Part shown: positions 29,777-39,309 of the stretch, in pieces
Numbering within the stretch: position 1 is the stretch's first letter
Layout: the number at the start of each line of letters is the position of its first letter
Assembly (NCBI GenBank): GCA_900553835.1
Contig: USFF01000003.1
Coordinates: 4,183-68,182 of the forward strand
Source: an uncultured Mycoplasmatota bacterium
GTDB taxonomy: Bacteria; Bacillota_I; Bacilli_A; RF39; UBA660
Direction of reading: 5' to 3'
Length of the DNA stretch: 64,000 nucleotides
Notes under the pieces: model-generated
What the model saw: only the letters and a program-made list of their open reading frames with translations
Database searches by the model: none
Told to the model about the DNA's origin: nothing
Position numbers and translations under genes: made by a program

Positions 29777-31717
29777 ATGAAAAGTAAGAGGTTAAAGATA
29801 TTAATTTTGTGTTATAAAATTTTTTGCTATTTTGTAATATTTATTTTTTTAGCACTTTTTGGATTTTATTTATATGCGTACATTACCCCTAAAATTGATG
29901 TACAAAGTAGCAATAGAATTATTTTATATGATGACAGTGATGAAGTTTTTTACCAAAATACTGCCACTAGTTCTTGGGTTAGTTTAGATGAAATTAGTCC
30001 TTATGCTATTAAAGGAATTGTGGATACAGAAGATAAAAACTTTTATAGTCATAATGGTTTTGATTATATGAGAATTATGAAAGCACTTTATAATGATATT
30101 AAAGCTGGTAATTTAAAGGAAGGCGCGAGTACAATTAGTCAGCAATATATTAAAAATTTGTTTTTGACTTTTGATAAGACTTGGGAAAGAAAACTAGAAG
30201 AGGCTTATCTTACTTTTGAACTTGAAGTTCATTATAATAAGAATGAGATCCTAGAAGGTTACATGAATACAATTAATTATGGGGCAGGTAATTATGGAAT
30301 AGAAGAGGCAAGTCTTTATTATTTTAATAAACATGCTAAAGATCTTACTCTTGCTGAAGCTTCTATTATAGTTGGTATTCCTAAAAATCCTACATATTAT
30401 AATCCAGTTTATTATTACGATAATGCTAAAGCTAGACAAAAAATAGTTTTAAATAGCATGTTTAATATGGGACATATTACTAAGGAAGAGATGGAAAATG
30501 CTTATAATGAAGAACTTTCTTTTTATGGTAAGAAGTCTAGTAATTTTATTGTTAGTTCGTTGTACTATAAAGATGCGGTTATGGATGAACTTAATTCAAT
30601 AGATGAAATTCCTAAAAGTTTAATAGAAACTGGGGGTTTAAAGGTTTATACTTATCTAAATAGTGATGCACAGAGAAATTTAGAAAATATTATTTCTGAA
30701 GAAATGGAAAACACTGGCGAGTTAGAAGTAGGGGCTATGATAAGAAGTCCTAAAAATGGCGCAATTGTAGCTCTTATTGGTGGCACTAATTATAATGAGA
30801 CAGAGTATAATAGAGTTACAAAGGCTAAAAGGCAAGTTGGTTCTACTTTTAAACCTATTCTTTATTATTCTGCTTTAGAAAACGGAATGACTGCTACTAG
30901 TACTTTTGTAAGTGAAAAGACAACATTTTCTTTAGGGGAAGATGAGAGTTATTCTCCAAGTAATTTTGCTGATAAGTACGCTAATAAGTCTATAACTATG
31001 GCGGATGCTCTTGTACTTTCAGATAATATTTTTGCTGTTAAGACTCATTTGTTTCTTGGTACTGATAATTTAAAGAATACAGCAAAAAGAATGGGTATTA
31101 AAACAAGTCTACCTAGTAATGCTAGTTTGGCTTTAGGTACTAGTGAAATTAATATGGTTGATTATAGTAATGCTTTTCAAACTCTTGCAAATTATGGAAT
31201 TAGAAATAATCCTGTTTATATAAAAAAAGTAACTGATTTAAATGACAATGTAATATATGAAGCTAAATATGAAGAGGAAAATGTTTTAGATAAGAGGTAT
31301 GTATATATTTTAAATGAGATGCTAACAAACTCTTATAATTATGACTATATTGACTATGCTTCACCAACACTTTTAAGTGTTAAAAATTTAATTAATCATA
31401 AGTATGCAGTTAAGTCAGGAACTACTGATACAGATTATTGGGTTGTTGGGTATAACCCAGAAGCTCTTGTTCTAGTCTGGAATGGTTATGATGATAATAG
31501 GTCGGTTGAAAAGGTTTCTTCAAAGATTACAAAGAAAATATGGGCTAGAAGTATAGAAGCTTATCTCGGAGAAAAAGAGAGTGCATGGTATAATATTCCT
31601 AGAGGAGTTACAGGTGCGATTGTTAACCCAATAAGCGGAAGTACTACTGATTTAAGTGTAAAAGATCTTATGTTTTATGTTAAGGGAACTGAACCTGATT
31701 ATGTTAAGGAATATTAA
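29777..31717 (+). CDS. Class A penicillin-binding protein (glycosyltransferase GT51 plus transpeptidase)
   Basis: Start reset to MKSKRLKIL (AGGTGA SD). GT51 motifs EDKNFYSHNGFD and GASTISQQYIKN; transpeptidase motifs STFKP, SDN, KSGTT. Confidence 0.85.
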   Translation: MKSKRLKILILCYKIFCYFVIFIFLALFGFYLYAYITPKIDVQSSNRIILYDDSDEVFYQNTATSSWVSLDEISPYAIKGIVDTEDKNFYSHNGFDYMRIMKALYNDIKAGNLKEGASTISQQYIKNLFLTFDKTWERKLEEAYLTFELEVHYNKNEILEGYMNTINYGAGNYGIEEASLYYFNKHAKDLTLAEASIIVGIPKNPTYYNPVYYYDNAKARQKIVLNSMFNMGHITKEEMENAYNEELSFYGKKSSNFIVSSLYYKDAVMDELNSIDEIPKSLIETGGLKVYTYLNSDAQRNLENIISEEMENTGELEVGAMIRSPKNGAIVALIGGTNYNETEYNRVTKAKRQVGSTFKPILYYSALENGMTATSTFVSEKTTFSLGEDESYSPSNFADKYANKSITMADALVLSDNIFAVKTHLFLGTDNLKNTAKRMGIKTSLPSNASLALGTSEINMVDYSNAFQTLANYGIRNNPVYIKKVTDLNDNVIYEAKYEEENVLDKRYVYILNEMLTNSYNYDYIDYASPTLLSVKNLINHKYAVKSGTTDTDYWVVGYNPEALVLVWNGYDDNRSVEKVSSKITKKIWARSIEAYLGEKESAWYNIPRGVTGAIVNPISGSTTDLSVKDLMFYVKGTEPDYVKEY

Positions 31718-31719
31718 AA

Positions 31720-31746
31720 AGATTAAACGTTTATTTTGTTTAATCT
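31720..31746. terminator. Bidirectional terminator hairpin AGATTAAAC-N9-GTTTAATCT between the convergent PBP and noc genes
   Basis: Perfect 9-bp stem, with T-rich tracts on both strands. The noc stop codon lies in the 3' arm. Confidence 0.5.
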
Positions 31747-32846
31747 TTCTTTATTTTTATTATTATTTGGTACATGTCTTCAAAATCAAATTCTTCTGTG
31801 TCAACATTAAAGCCCATGTTTTCTATTTTTCTTGCTTCTTCTCTAGCACTGTTGATTGCATTTTTGATGTTCTTACCTTCATTGATTGGTGTATTTTGTT
31901 CTATTTCAGGTTCTTTTGTACTTTCATATTCTGCTATTATGCTACTTTTTGGAATACTTTGTGTGTTTTCTAATGCAGGTTTTTCAAAGCTTTGAGAAGG
32001 TAATTCAAAATCCATTATTTCTGGTTCTATTTCTTGGAATGGATTTATCATTACTTCTTTTTTCTCTACTGTAGGCTCTGGTTTTATAGGAACTTGCGGT
32101 TTTAAAAGAGCATCAATATCTTTAGGTACGTATTCAGTTATTATATCTTTTGACTCTTGTTTTTCTTTTTCTATATCTACATCATTAGGATTAATACTCA
32201 TAGGTGTTTCTCTTTTTATTTCGTTATTTTGTGGTCTTTCTTTACCTAATAGTTTTGCTATTTCTTCATCAGCTTGTCTTACAGTTAATCTTTCATTCAT
32301 TATTCTGTTTAACATGTTAATTTGTTCAGTGTTGTCTGTTATGTTTAATAAACTTCTTGCATGTCTTTCAGATATTTTGTTATGAAGTAATGCTTCTTTT
32401 ACTGGTATTGTCAGATTTAAAAGTCTTAATTTGTTAGCTATAGTCGATTGTGCTACTCCCATTCTTGCTGCTAAACTCTCTTGTGTCAGATAACCCATAT
32501 CTAATATTTTTTTGTAACTTTGTGCTTCTTCAATAGCAGTTAAGTCTTTTCTCTGTAAGTTTTCTACTACAGCAACTTCAGCACTTTTTTGATCATCTAT
32601 ATTCATAATGACAGCTGGAACAGTTTTTAGGCCTGCCAAAACAGAAGCCTTGTATCTTCTTTCTCCAGCAATTATTTCAAATTTGTCTCCAATTCTTCTA
32701 AGTACTAATGGTTGGATTATTCCATGCATCTTTATCGATTCAGATAACTCTTTTAATTCCTTTTCATCAAAAGCAAGTCTTGGTTGGAACCTGTTAGGAA
32801 TTATGTCATCTATGTTTACATTAATTATTTCATTTTCTCGGTTCAT
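31740..32846 (-). CDS. noc: ParB-family nucleoid occlusion protein Noc-like (368 aa), with no adjacent parA/soj or spo0J
   Basis: ParB N-terminal domain (PNRFQPR, GIIQP, IAGERRYKA). The HTH region carries Noc-type residues (QSTIANKLRLL, KISERHAR) rather than the Spo0J-type (PHIANHLRLL, LSMGHGR). Conserved acidic/hydrophobic C-terminus. Located directly after rsmG, as in B. subtilis. Confidence 0.7.
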   Translation of the reverse strand: MNRENEIINVNIDDIIPNRFQPRLAFDEKELKELSESIKMHGIIQPLVLRRIGDKFEIIAGERRYKASVLAGLKTVPAVIMNIDDQKSAEVAVVENLQRKDLTAIEEAQSYKKILDMGYLTQESLAARMGVAQSTIANKLRLLNLTIPVKEALLHNKISERHARSLLNITDNTEQINMLNRIMNERLTVRQADEEIAKLLGKERPQNNEIKRETPMSINPNDVDIEKEKQESKDIITEYVPKDIDALLKPQVPIKPEPTVEKKEVMINPFQEIEPEIMDFELPSQSFEKPALENTQSIPKSSIIAEYESTKEPEIEQNTPINEGKNIKNAINSAREEARKIENMGFNVDTEEFDFEDMYQIIIKIKKD

Positions 32847-32936
32847 ATCTACAGCCCCTTTATTTATTTATTCTATTATTATTGTACTTTATTTTTTTTG
32901 TTTTTTCAAGTACTTTGATTAAAAAAACTAAAAGTA

Positions 32937-33644
32937 TTATTTCCTTTTAGTTTTGACTATTTGACTATAATTTCTTGGATAAGTAGTTTTAGTTATTTTA
33001 TTTTTCTTTATTACAACTATAGTTCTTTCTGAATTTTCTATAGGCAACTCATATTTATAAAGTTTTTCGACAGTGCAATCTAACTCGTTTAAGAAATCTA
33101 TAGTTTCATTTAATTCATCTTCTATACTTGATTTTAAAGGTAAAAAGTAACCACTTACTTTTAATGCAGGAAGTTCTAATTCAGATAATATTTTTAAATG
33201 TGATACTGCTCTAGAGGAGACTATGTCAAATTTTTCACGATTTACTTTTGTATATTCTTCTGCTCTTTGATTTATGATTTCTACATTTTTTAGATCTAGT
33301 TTTTCTTTGACAAGACTAAGAAACATACATTTTTTTTGATTACTTTCTACTAAAGTAAATAACATATTCTTATTCATGATTGCAAGTGCTAGACCCGGAA
33401 AACCTGCACCTGTACCTATATCGAGAAAAGTTTTCTTGTTTTTAAATTCTGAAGTAGTCATTAAGTATAGTGAGTCATAAAAATGTTTTAAATATATGCT
33501 TTCATCTTCTGTTATACTAGTTAGGTTAAATTTTTTATTATATTCCTTTAGTAATTCTTTATATGTTTCAAATTTTTTTAACTCTTCTTCAGCAATATCT
33601 ATATTTAATTTTAAAAGATATACTTTAAACTCTTTTTCATTCAT
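32937..33644 (-). CDS. rsmG: 16S rRNA (guanine527-N7)-methyltransferase RsmG (GidB)
   Basis: SAM-binding LDIGTGAGFPGL; position downstream of mnmG. Confidence 0.85.
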   Translation of the reverse strand: MNEKEFKVYLLKLNIDIAEEELKKFETYKELLKEYNKKFNLTSITEDESIYLKHFYDSLYLMTTSEFKNKKTFLDIGTGAGFPGLALAIMNKNMLFTLVESNQKKCMFLSLVKEKLDLKNVEIINQRAEEYTKVNREKFDIVSSRAVSHLKILSELELPALKVSGYFLPLKSSIEDELNETIDFLNELDCTVEKLYKYELPIENSERTIVVIKKNKITKTTYPRNYSQIVKTKRK

Positions 33645-35496
33645 TAGGATACTCCTTCTTTAGATAAACTAATAGCATAGTAACATCTGAAGGGTTAATT
33701 CCGCTTATTCTAGTCATTTGCCCAATAGTTAATGGTCTTATTTTTTCTAGTTTTTGTCTAGCTTCAGTAGCTATGTTTTTTACTTTACTATAGTCGATAT
33801 CTTCAGGGATTTTTTTCTTTTCTAAATTTAGCATTTTTTCTACTTCTAAATTTGTTTTTGAAATATATCCACTATATTTTGTGTTTATTTCTACTTGTTC
33901 TCCAGCTTCTTTATCAAAGTTTTCGTTAAGTAAGTGTTCTATGTCACTTATATTTATTTCTGGTCTTTTTAATAGTTCTATAGCTTTTATTTTACCTGAA
34001 AGTAGGCTAGAGTGTTTTTTTTCTAAATATTCGTTATTTTTATCACTAGCTTCTATTTTTACTTCGTTTAAATGATTGTTGAGTTCTTTTATTTTTTTTA
34101 ATTTATTTTTAAAGATATTATATTTTTCATCATTTATTAGTCCTACTTTTCTTCCTATTTCTGTTAATCTTATTGATGCATTATCGTGTCTTAAAAGTAA
34201 TCTGAATTCTGCACGGCTAGTAAGAAGTCTATATGGCTCGGTTATTCCTTTATTAATTAAATCGTCAATTAAAACACCAATATATGCTTCATTTCTTTTT
34301 AGAATTAATGGCTCTTTGTTTTCAAGAGATAATCCCGCGTTTATTCCGGCAATTAAACCTTGCGCTGCTGCTTCTTCATAACCGCTTGTTCCATTTATTT
34401 GTCCTGCGCTGTAAAGACCTTTTATTTTTTTACTTTCTAAAGACATTTTTAATTCTGTTGAATCTATTGCATCATACTCAATTGCATATCCATATTTTGT
34501 TATTTTAGCATAATGTAGGCCTTCCATTGAATGAATTAATTTTTCTTGTAGTTCTTCAGGCATAGTAGTTGAAAAGCCCCCAACATATATTTCTTCTCCA
34601 TTTTTTCTTTCAGGTTCTAGAAATATTTGATGTCTGTCTTTATCTTTAAATTTAACTATTTTATCTTCTATTGATGGACAATATCTTGGTCCTATTCCGA
34701 CTATCAGTCCACTATAAAGAGCGCATTTATCCAAATTGTCTAAAATTATTTTGTGGGTTTCTAAATTTGTGTACGTTAGGTAACATGGTTCTTGATTTTC
34801 TATACTATAAGTTGGTTTGTAAAAATTACTGAAACTTAATAGTTCTTTATCTCCTTCTTCTATGGAACATTCATCATAATTAATAGTACTTTTTAAAACT
34901 CTAGGTGGTGTTCCTGTTTTAAGTCTTCTCATTTTTATACCATTTTTTTGTAGACTTTCACTTAAATATAGTGAAGGTTTTTCTCCGTGTGGTCCGCCTT
35001 TATATTTTGTGTGACCTCTTAGTATGTCTGCATTTAAATAAGTTCCTGTTGTTATTATTACTTTTTTTGCATATATTTTTTCATTATTTTCAGTTAGAAT
35101 TCCTTTGATTTCATTGTTTTCAATTATTAATTCTTTTACTAAGTCTTCCTTTATTTCTAAATTTTCTGTACTACCTAGTGTTTCTAACATTTTTTGTGGG
35201 TAAACTGTTTTATCAGCTTGACACCTTAAGCTTCTTACTCCTGGACCTTTTTTACTATTAAGCATCTTGATTTGTAAATGAGACTTGTCTGAATTTATTC
35301 CCATTTCTCCACCAAGAGCATCTATTTCTCTTACTACTATTCCTTTTGCTGAACCACCTACCGATGGATTACATGGCATATCAGCTATGTTTTTTATGTT
35401 TCCAGTTATTAGTAGGGTTTTATGTCCCATTCTAGCTGTCGCTAAAGATGCTTCACAGCCTGCATGTCCTCCTCCAATTACTATTACTTCATACAT
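33637..35496 (-). CDS. mnmG: tRNA uridine 5-carboxymethylaminomethyl modification enzyme MnmG (GidA)
   Basis: Start reset to MYEVIVIGGGHAGCEAS, where the reverse-strand AGGAGG SD sits 8 nt upstream. FAD-binding GGGHAG. Confidence 0.9.
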   Translation of the reverse strand: MYEVIVIGGGHAGCEASLATARMGHKTLLITGNIKNIADMPCNPSVGGSAKGIVVREIDALGGEMGINSDKSHLQIKMLNSKKGPGVRSLRCQADKTVYPQKMLETLGSTENLEIKEDLVKELIIENNEIKGILTENNEKIYAKKVIITTGTYLNADILRGHTKYKGGPHGEKPSLYLSESLQKNGIKMRRLKTGTPPRVLKSTINYDECSIEEGDKELLSFSNFYKPTYSIENQEPCYLTYTNLETHKIILDNLDKCALYSGLIVGIGPRYCPSIEDKIVKFKDKDRHQIFLEPERKNGEEIYVGGFSTTMPEELQEKLIHSMEGLHYAKITKYGYAIEYDAIDSTELKMSLESKKIKGLYSAGQINGTSGYEEAAAQGLIAGINAGLSLENKEPLILKRNEAYIGVLIDDLINKGITEPYRLLTSRAEFRLLLRHDNASIRLTEIGRKVGLINDEKYNIFKNKLKKIKELNNHLNEVKIEASDKNNEYLEKKHSSLLSGKIKAIELLKRPEINISDIEHLLNENFDKEAGEQVEINTKYSGYISKTNLEVEKMLNLEKKKIPEDIDYSKVKNIATEARQKLEKIRPLTIGQMTRISGINPSDVTMLLVYLKKEYPNE

Positions 35497-35513
35497 GAGT
35501 TTTTCCTCCTTTT

Positions 35514-36866
35514 TTATTTTCCTAAACAAAATTTACTAAATATCTCATCAAGTAATTCATCTTTATATGTTTCTCCAGTTAATTCACCTAATTTTTCCCA
35601 TAATCTTTGTAAGTCGATCTGTATTAAGTCAACTGGTGTGTTTAATTCATTTTGCTTTTCTATTTCTTTACCAATATTTAAGCATTCTTTTATTATACTT
35701 ATTTGTCTAGCGTTTGATAGATATGTGTAATCACTATTTTCTATTTCTTCTAAATCAAACATTTCTTTTATTTTATCTAATAATTTGTCTATTCCTTTAT
35801 TTTCTTTTATGGATATTTCAATAGTGCTAAAGTTTTTTAATTTGGTTCTATCTAATTTTTGTTCTAAATCTATTTTATTGATTAGTACTATTACTTTTTT
35901 ATTTTTTAGGTTACTTAGTATTTCTAAATCCTCTTCATCAAATTCTCTACTTCCATCAAATAAAGCAATTACTAAATCGCTTTTTTCTATTATATTTTTA
36001 CTTTTTTCTACACCAATTTTTTCTACAACATCATCTGTATTTCTTATTCCTGCTGTGTCAATTAAATTTAGATTTATACCATTTACTATTATTGTACCTT
36101 CAACTATATCTCTAGTTGTTCCCGCAACATTTGTTACTATAGCTTTGTCTTCGTTTATTAGTTTGTTTAGTAAACTGCTTTTCCCTACGTTAGGTTTTCC
36201 GATTATTCCTACATTTATACCATTTTTTATAAGTGTACCTTTATCACTTTCTTTTACTATTTTATTTAGTAAATTATTTATTTCTGTTATTTTACTTTTT
36301 AATAGTTCATTTGTATACATAATTGCATCTTCATATTCAGGGTAATCTATATTAACTTCTACGTTTGCTATTATATTAAGTAAGGTTTCTCTTAGATTTT
36401 TTACTATCTTAGATAAGTCTCCTGTTACACCCTTAGTACTCATTTTTCTTGCTACTTCTGTTTTGGCATTAATTAGATCACTTATAGACTCTGCTTCTAG
36501 CAAATCTTTTTTTCCATTTAAAAATGAACGTTTTAAAAATTCACCTGGCTCGGCTAGTCTACAACCATTTATTAAAAGCAATTCAAGTATTTTATTTGTG
36601 ACAGATATTCCTCCATGTGAGTTAATTTCTATTACATCTTCCCCAGTTGAAGAATTAGGTGCGATAAAAACTGAAACTAATACTTCATCAATTATTTCAT
36701 CTTCATTTTTTATGAATCCATAGTTAATTGTTCCTGATTTTTTTCTTGTTAAGTCACTTGTAAATAAACTGTTTACTATACTTATTGCTTTCGGACCGCT
36801 TATTTTTATTATATTTATTGCACTTACACCAACGCTAGTTGCAATTGCACATATTGTATCTGTCAT
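35514..36866 (-). CDS. mnmE: tRNA modification GTPase MnmE (TrmE)
   Basis: G-domain GKPNVGKSSLLN, DTAGIR, NKIDL, and C-terminal CLGK. Confidence 0.9.
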   Translation of the reverse strand: MTDTICAIATSVGVSAINIIKISGPKAISIVNSLFTSDLTRKKSGTINYGFIKNEDEIIDEVLVSVFIAPNSSTGEDVIEINSHGGISVTNKILELLLINGCRLAEPGEFLKRSFLNGKKDLLEAESISDLINAKTEVARKMSTKGVTGDLSKIVKNLRETLLNIIANVEVNIDYPEYEDAIMYTNELLKSKITEINNLLNKIVKESDKGTLIKNGINVGIIGKPNVGKSSLLNKLINEDKAIVTNVAGTTRDIVEGTIIVNGINLNLIDTAGIRNTDDVVEKIGVEKSKNIIEKSDLVIALFDGSREFDEEDLEILSNLKNKKVIVLINKIDLEQKLDRTKLKNFSTIEISIKENKGIDKLLDKIKEMFDLEEIENSDYTYLSNARQISIIKECLNIGKEIEKQNELNTPVDLIQIDLQRLWEKLGELTGETYKDELLDEIFSKFCLGK

Positions 36867-36927
36867 AATTTTTTTTCCTCCTTTTGCGCATAAATTATAC
36901 CACTTTGAAAAGAATATGTAAATTACT

Positions 36928-36943
36928 TATTTCCCGGGAAATA
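36928..36943. promoter_or_regulatory. Noc-binding-site-type palindrome TATTTCCCGGGAAATA (matches the B. subtilis NBS consensus ATTTCCCGGGAAAT)
   Basis: Perfect 16-bp GC-cored palindrome in an AT-rich intergenic region between jag and mnmE. An identical copy lies at 55141-55156. Confidence 0.5.
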
Positions 36944-36965
36944 AAAAAAACTAGTTTTTCTAGTT
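36941..36965 (-). terminator. Rho-independent terminator after jag (AACTAG-loop-CTAGTT followed by a U8 run on the minus-strand transcript)
   Basis: Hairpin plus T-run seen on the reverse strand; overlaps the jag stop codon. Confidence 0.4.
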
Positions 36966-37575
36966 ATTTTTCTTTGTATTTAATAATTACACATCTATTT
37001 GGTTCTTCTCCAACACTTTCTGTAACTATGTATTCAAATTTAGATAAAGCATTATGGACAATTCTTCTTTGATATGAATTCATAGGATCTAATTTAACAT
37101 CTACTTTTGATAAAGTTACTTGTCTTGCTAATTTTTTTGCATCCTTTTCAAGAAAATAATTTTGCTTTTCTTTGTAGTTTTCTATGTCTAATTCTACATT
37201 TACATGTACTTCAAATTTTGCATTTATTACTTGCTTTAAATACTTTTGTAATGATGATAATACTGCACCATTTTTACCAATTAGTATTCCATTGTTATTT
37301 GAATGAACTCTGTAGGATACTTTTTTATTTCTTATTTGTTTTTCTATATTTCCTTCAATATTAAAACCTTTTAATATATTTTCTAACACTGTTTTTCCAT
37401 AATTAGCTATGTCATTTATTTTTACAATTTCAATAACAACCTTTTTGGCCGCGAATAAGCCACCTTTTTCTTCTTTTTCTTTTATTAACACTTCATCTTC
37501 AGTTACGTTTAACTCATTTAGCGCTTCTTTTAATATAGTTTCTTTATTTTTTCCTTTATATATATACTTTTCCAT
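36964..37575 (-). CDS. jag: Jag/KhpB-type protein (Jag_N, KH and R3H domains)
   Basis: 203-aa ORF in the conserved position after yidC, with a KH/R3H-like C-terminus. Confidence 0.8.
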   Translation of the reverse strand: MEKYIYKGKNKETILKEALNELNVTEDEVLIKEKEEKGGLFAAKKVVIEIVKINDIANYGKTVLENILKGFNIEGNIEKQIRNKKVSYRVHSNNNGILIGKNGAVLSSLQKYLKQVINAKFEVHVNVELDIENYKEKQNYFLEKDAKKLARQVTLSKVDVKLDPMNSYQRRIVHNALSKFEYIVTESVGEEPNRCVIIKYKEK

Positions 37576-37599
37576 AATACCTCATACCTCTTTCTTTTT

Positions 37600-38502
37600 T
37601 TACTTATCATTTATTTTTTTTAGTAAATAATTTTGCAATATTGCAAATGCACTTGTTGATATCCAATATAATCCAATTCCTACATTTAGTGTGAATGACA
37701 TAAATATTATAAATATAGTCATCATTTTAGTCATCATTTTTGTTTGCTGTGCTTGCTCTTCATTTATTGCACTGGTTCCTGTGTTTTTGAATGAAAAATA
37801 TGTTGATGCTCCGATAAGAATAACTATTACTATATAGTAATAACTCCCACTTGTTATTGCCTTCCAAGGTGTTGTACCTAAGTCAAACCATAATAGTTTT
37901 TCTTCTAGAATTGCTGGTATTCTTTGTATTGCTTCTAAAAATGCAAAGAATAAAGGTAATTGAAGTAATGATACTAAACATCCTGAAAGCGGTTTTATGT
38001 TATATTTTTTATAAATTAATGCCATTTCTTGATTTTTTGCTAGTAACGATTGTTGATCATTTCTTCCTGCATATTTTTTTTCTAATCTTTGAAGTTCAGG
38101 GTTTGCTTTTTTCATACCCTCAGACATATTTAAAGTTTGTTTAGTAAGTGGTAATACTAATAGTCTTAATAGTATACCTAATATTATGATTGATAAACCA
38201 TAATTTTTTACAAGTAAACCGACCTTTACTATAACCCAAGCGAGAGGTTTTACTAATAAGCTTGTCCACAATCCTTCATATCCACCTGAATTTACTTTTA
38301 AATCTTCACATTTAGGTAATTTGTCTAAATCTACATTATCATTATTTTCATAGGCTTTTATACTTTCTTCGTTAGTTGGTTTACAAAGTATGTTTTCTGT
38401 ATAAACATTTTTTGTTTTTTCATCTCTAAATGATTTCGTACACCCTGTTGTTAATAATAAAGTTAAACTTAGTATTATTAATATTTTTTTAATTTTTTTC
38501 AT
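37600..38502 (-). CDS. yidC: Membrane protein insertase YidC/OxaA (lipoprotein type, SpoIIIJ-like)
   Basis: Lipoprotein signal (LLTTGC) and the YidC 60-kDa insertase core TM segments. Confidence 0.85.
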   Translation of the reverse strand: MKKIKKILIILSLTLLLTTGCTKSFRDEKTKNVYTENILCKPTNEESIKAYENNDNVDLDKLPKCEDLKVNSGGYEGLWTSLLVKPLAWVIVKVGLLVKNYGLSIIILGILLRLLVLPLTKQTLNMSEGMKKANPELQRLEKKYAGRNDQQSLLAKNQEMALIYKKYNIKPLSGCLVSLLQLPLFFAFLEAIQRIPAILEEKLLWFDLGTTPWKAITSGSYYYIVIVILIGASTYFSFKNTGTSAINEEQAQQTKMMTKMMTIFIIFMSFTLNVGIGLYWISTSAFAILQNYLLKKINDK

Positions 38503-38824
38503 TTTTCTCTCCTTTTATTTCAGCAATTAGTTTTTCTTTTAAGTCTTCATATGAAGCTTCAATTCCTGCTTTCCTTATTATTATAACATACTTTTTACTT
38601 AATTCCATTTTATTTTTCACTAATATATCTTTTATTCTTCTTTTTATTTTGTTTCTTACATTTGCTTTTCCTAATTTTTTGCTTACACTTATGCAATATT
38701 TGTTATAATTTTCTTCATTATTATCTATATAGTATATGATATAGTATCTCGATACTTTCTTTTTTCCAGTTTTAACTATTTTTTCTATTTCTTCATTTTT
38801 AGTTATAATGTATTTTTTATTCAT
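38489..38824 (-). CDS. rnpA: Ribonuclease P protein component
   Basis: 111-aa basic protein immediately downstream of rpmH. Confidence 0.8.
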   Translation of the reverse strand: MNKKYIITKNEEIEKIVKTGKKKVSRYYIIYYIDNNEENYNKYCISVSKKLGKANVRNKIKRRIKDILVKNKMELSKKYVIIIRKAGIEASYEDLKEKLIAEIKGEKNEKN

Positions 38825-38878
38825 ATATAATCACCTGTTAGATTTATTTTATACAAAAAAACTACTCTTTGCAAGTAG

Positions 38879-39001
38879 TTATTTGTTTGTTAAATTTTTT
38901 CTTCCTTTTTTTCTTCTACTTTTTAATATATTTTTACTTCTTGAAAGAAAACCTTGTTTTTTTGCTTTATTGTTCTTTTTAGCAACTGGTGTTAATTTCA
39001 T
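38879..39001 (-). CDS. rpmH: 50S ribosomal protein L34 (40 aa; absent from the ORF track because under 60 aa)
   Basis: Hand translation of the reverse strand gives MKLTPVAKKNNKAKKQGFLSRSKNILKSRRKKGRKNLTNK. GGAGG SD upstream; canonical position before rnpA. Confidence 0.8.
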   Translation of the reverse strand: MKLTPVAKKNNKAKKQGFLSRSKNILKSRRKKGRKNLTNK

Positions 39002-39028
39002 TTTTTTCTCCTCCTAACTTTTTTTTGC

Positions 39029-39267
39029 TTGACTTCTAAAATTATAAACTATAGAATAGTATTTGTCAATTTATTATTTATTAACATATTAACATTTTAT
39101 GTTGATAACTTTATTAACAGGTTGATACTTAAATTTGTTGATAATGTGAATAAGTTGGTTTAAGTGCTGTAAAATGGGATAAAAATGTGTGTACAATCTG
39201 TTAATAAGTCATGTTAATAACATTTTTTTAAAATTTTTACTTTTAAAATAGAATAAAAAGGGTTAAA
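39029..39267. other. oriC region: cluster of DnaA-box-like 9-mers upstream of dnaA (TGTTGATAA at 39100 and 39137, GGTTGATAC at 39120, TGTTAATAA at 39199 and 39212), plus a TTGACT-N17-TAGAAT promoter-like element
   Basis: The boxes are 1-2 mismatches from TGTGGATAA. Gene strand polarity switches here, in the canonical rpmH | dnaA context. Confidence 0.6.
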
Positions 39268-39309
39268 ATGAAAGTGAATAAGTTGTGGGTTACTTTTGGA
39301 GGTGGGTCT

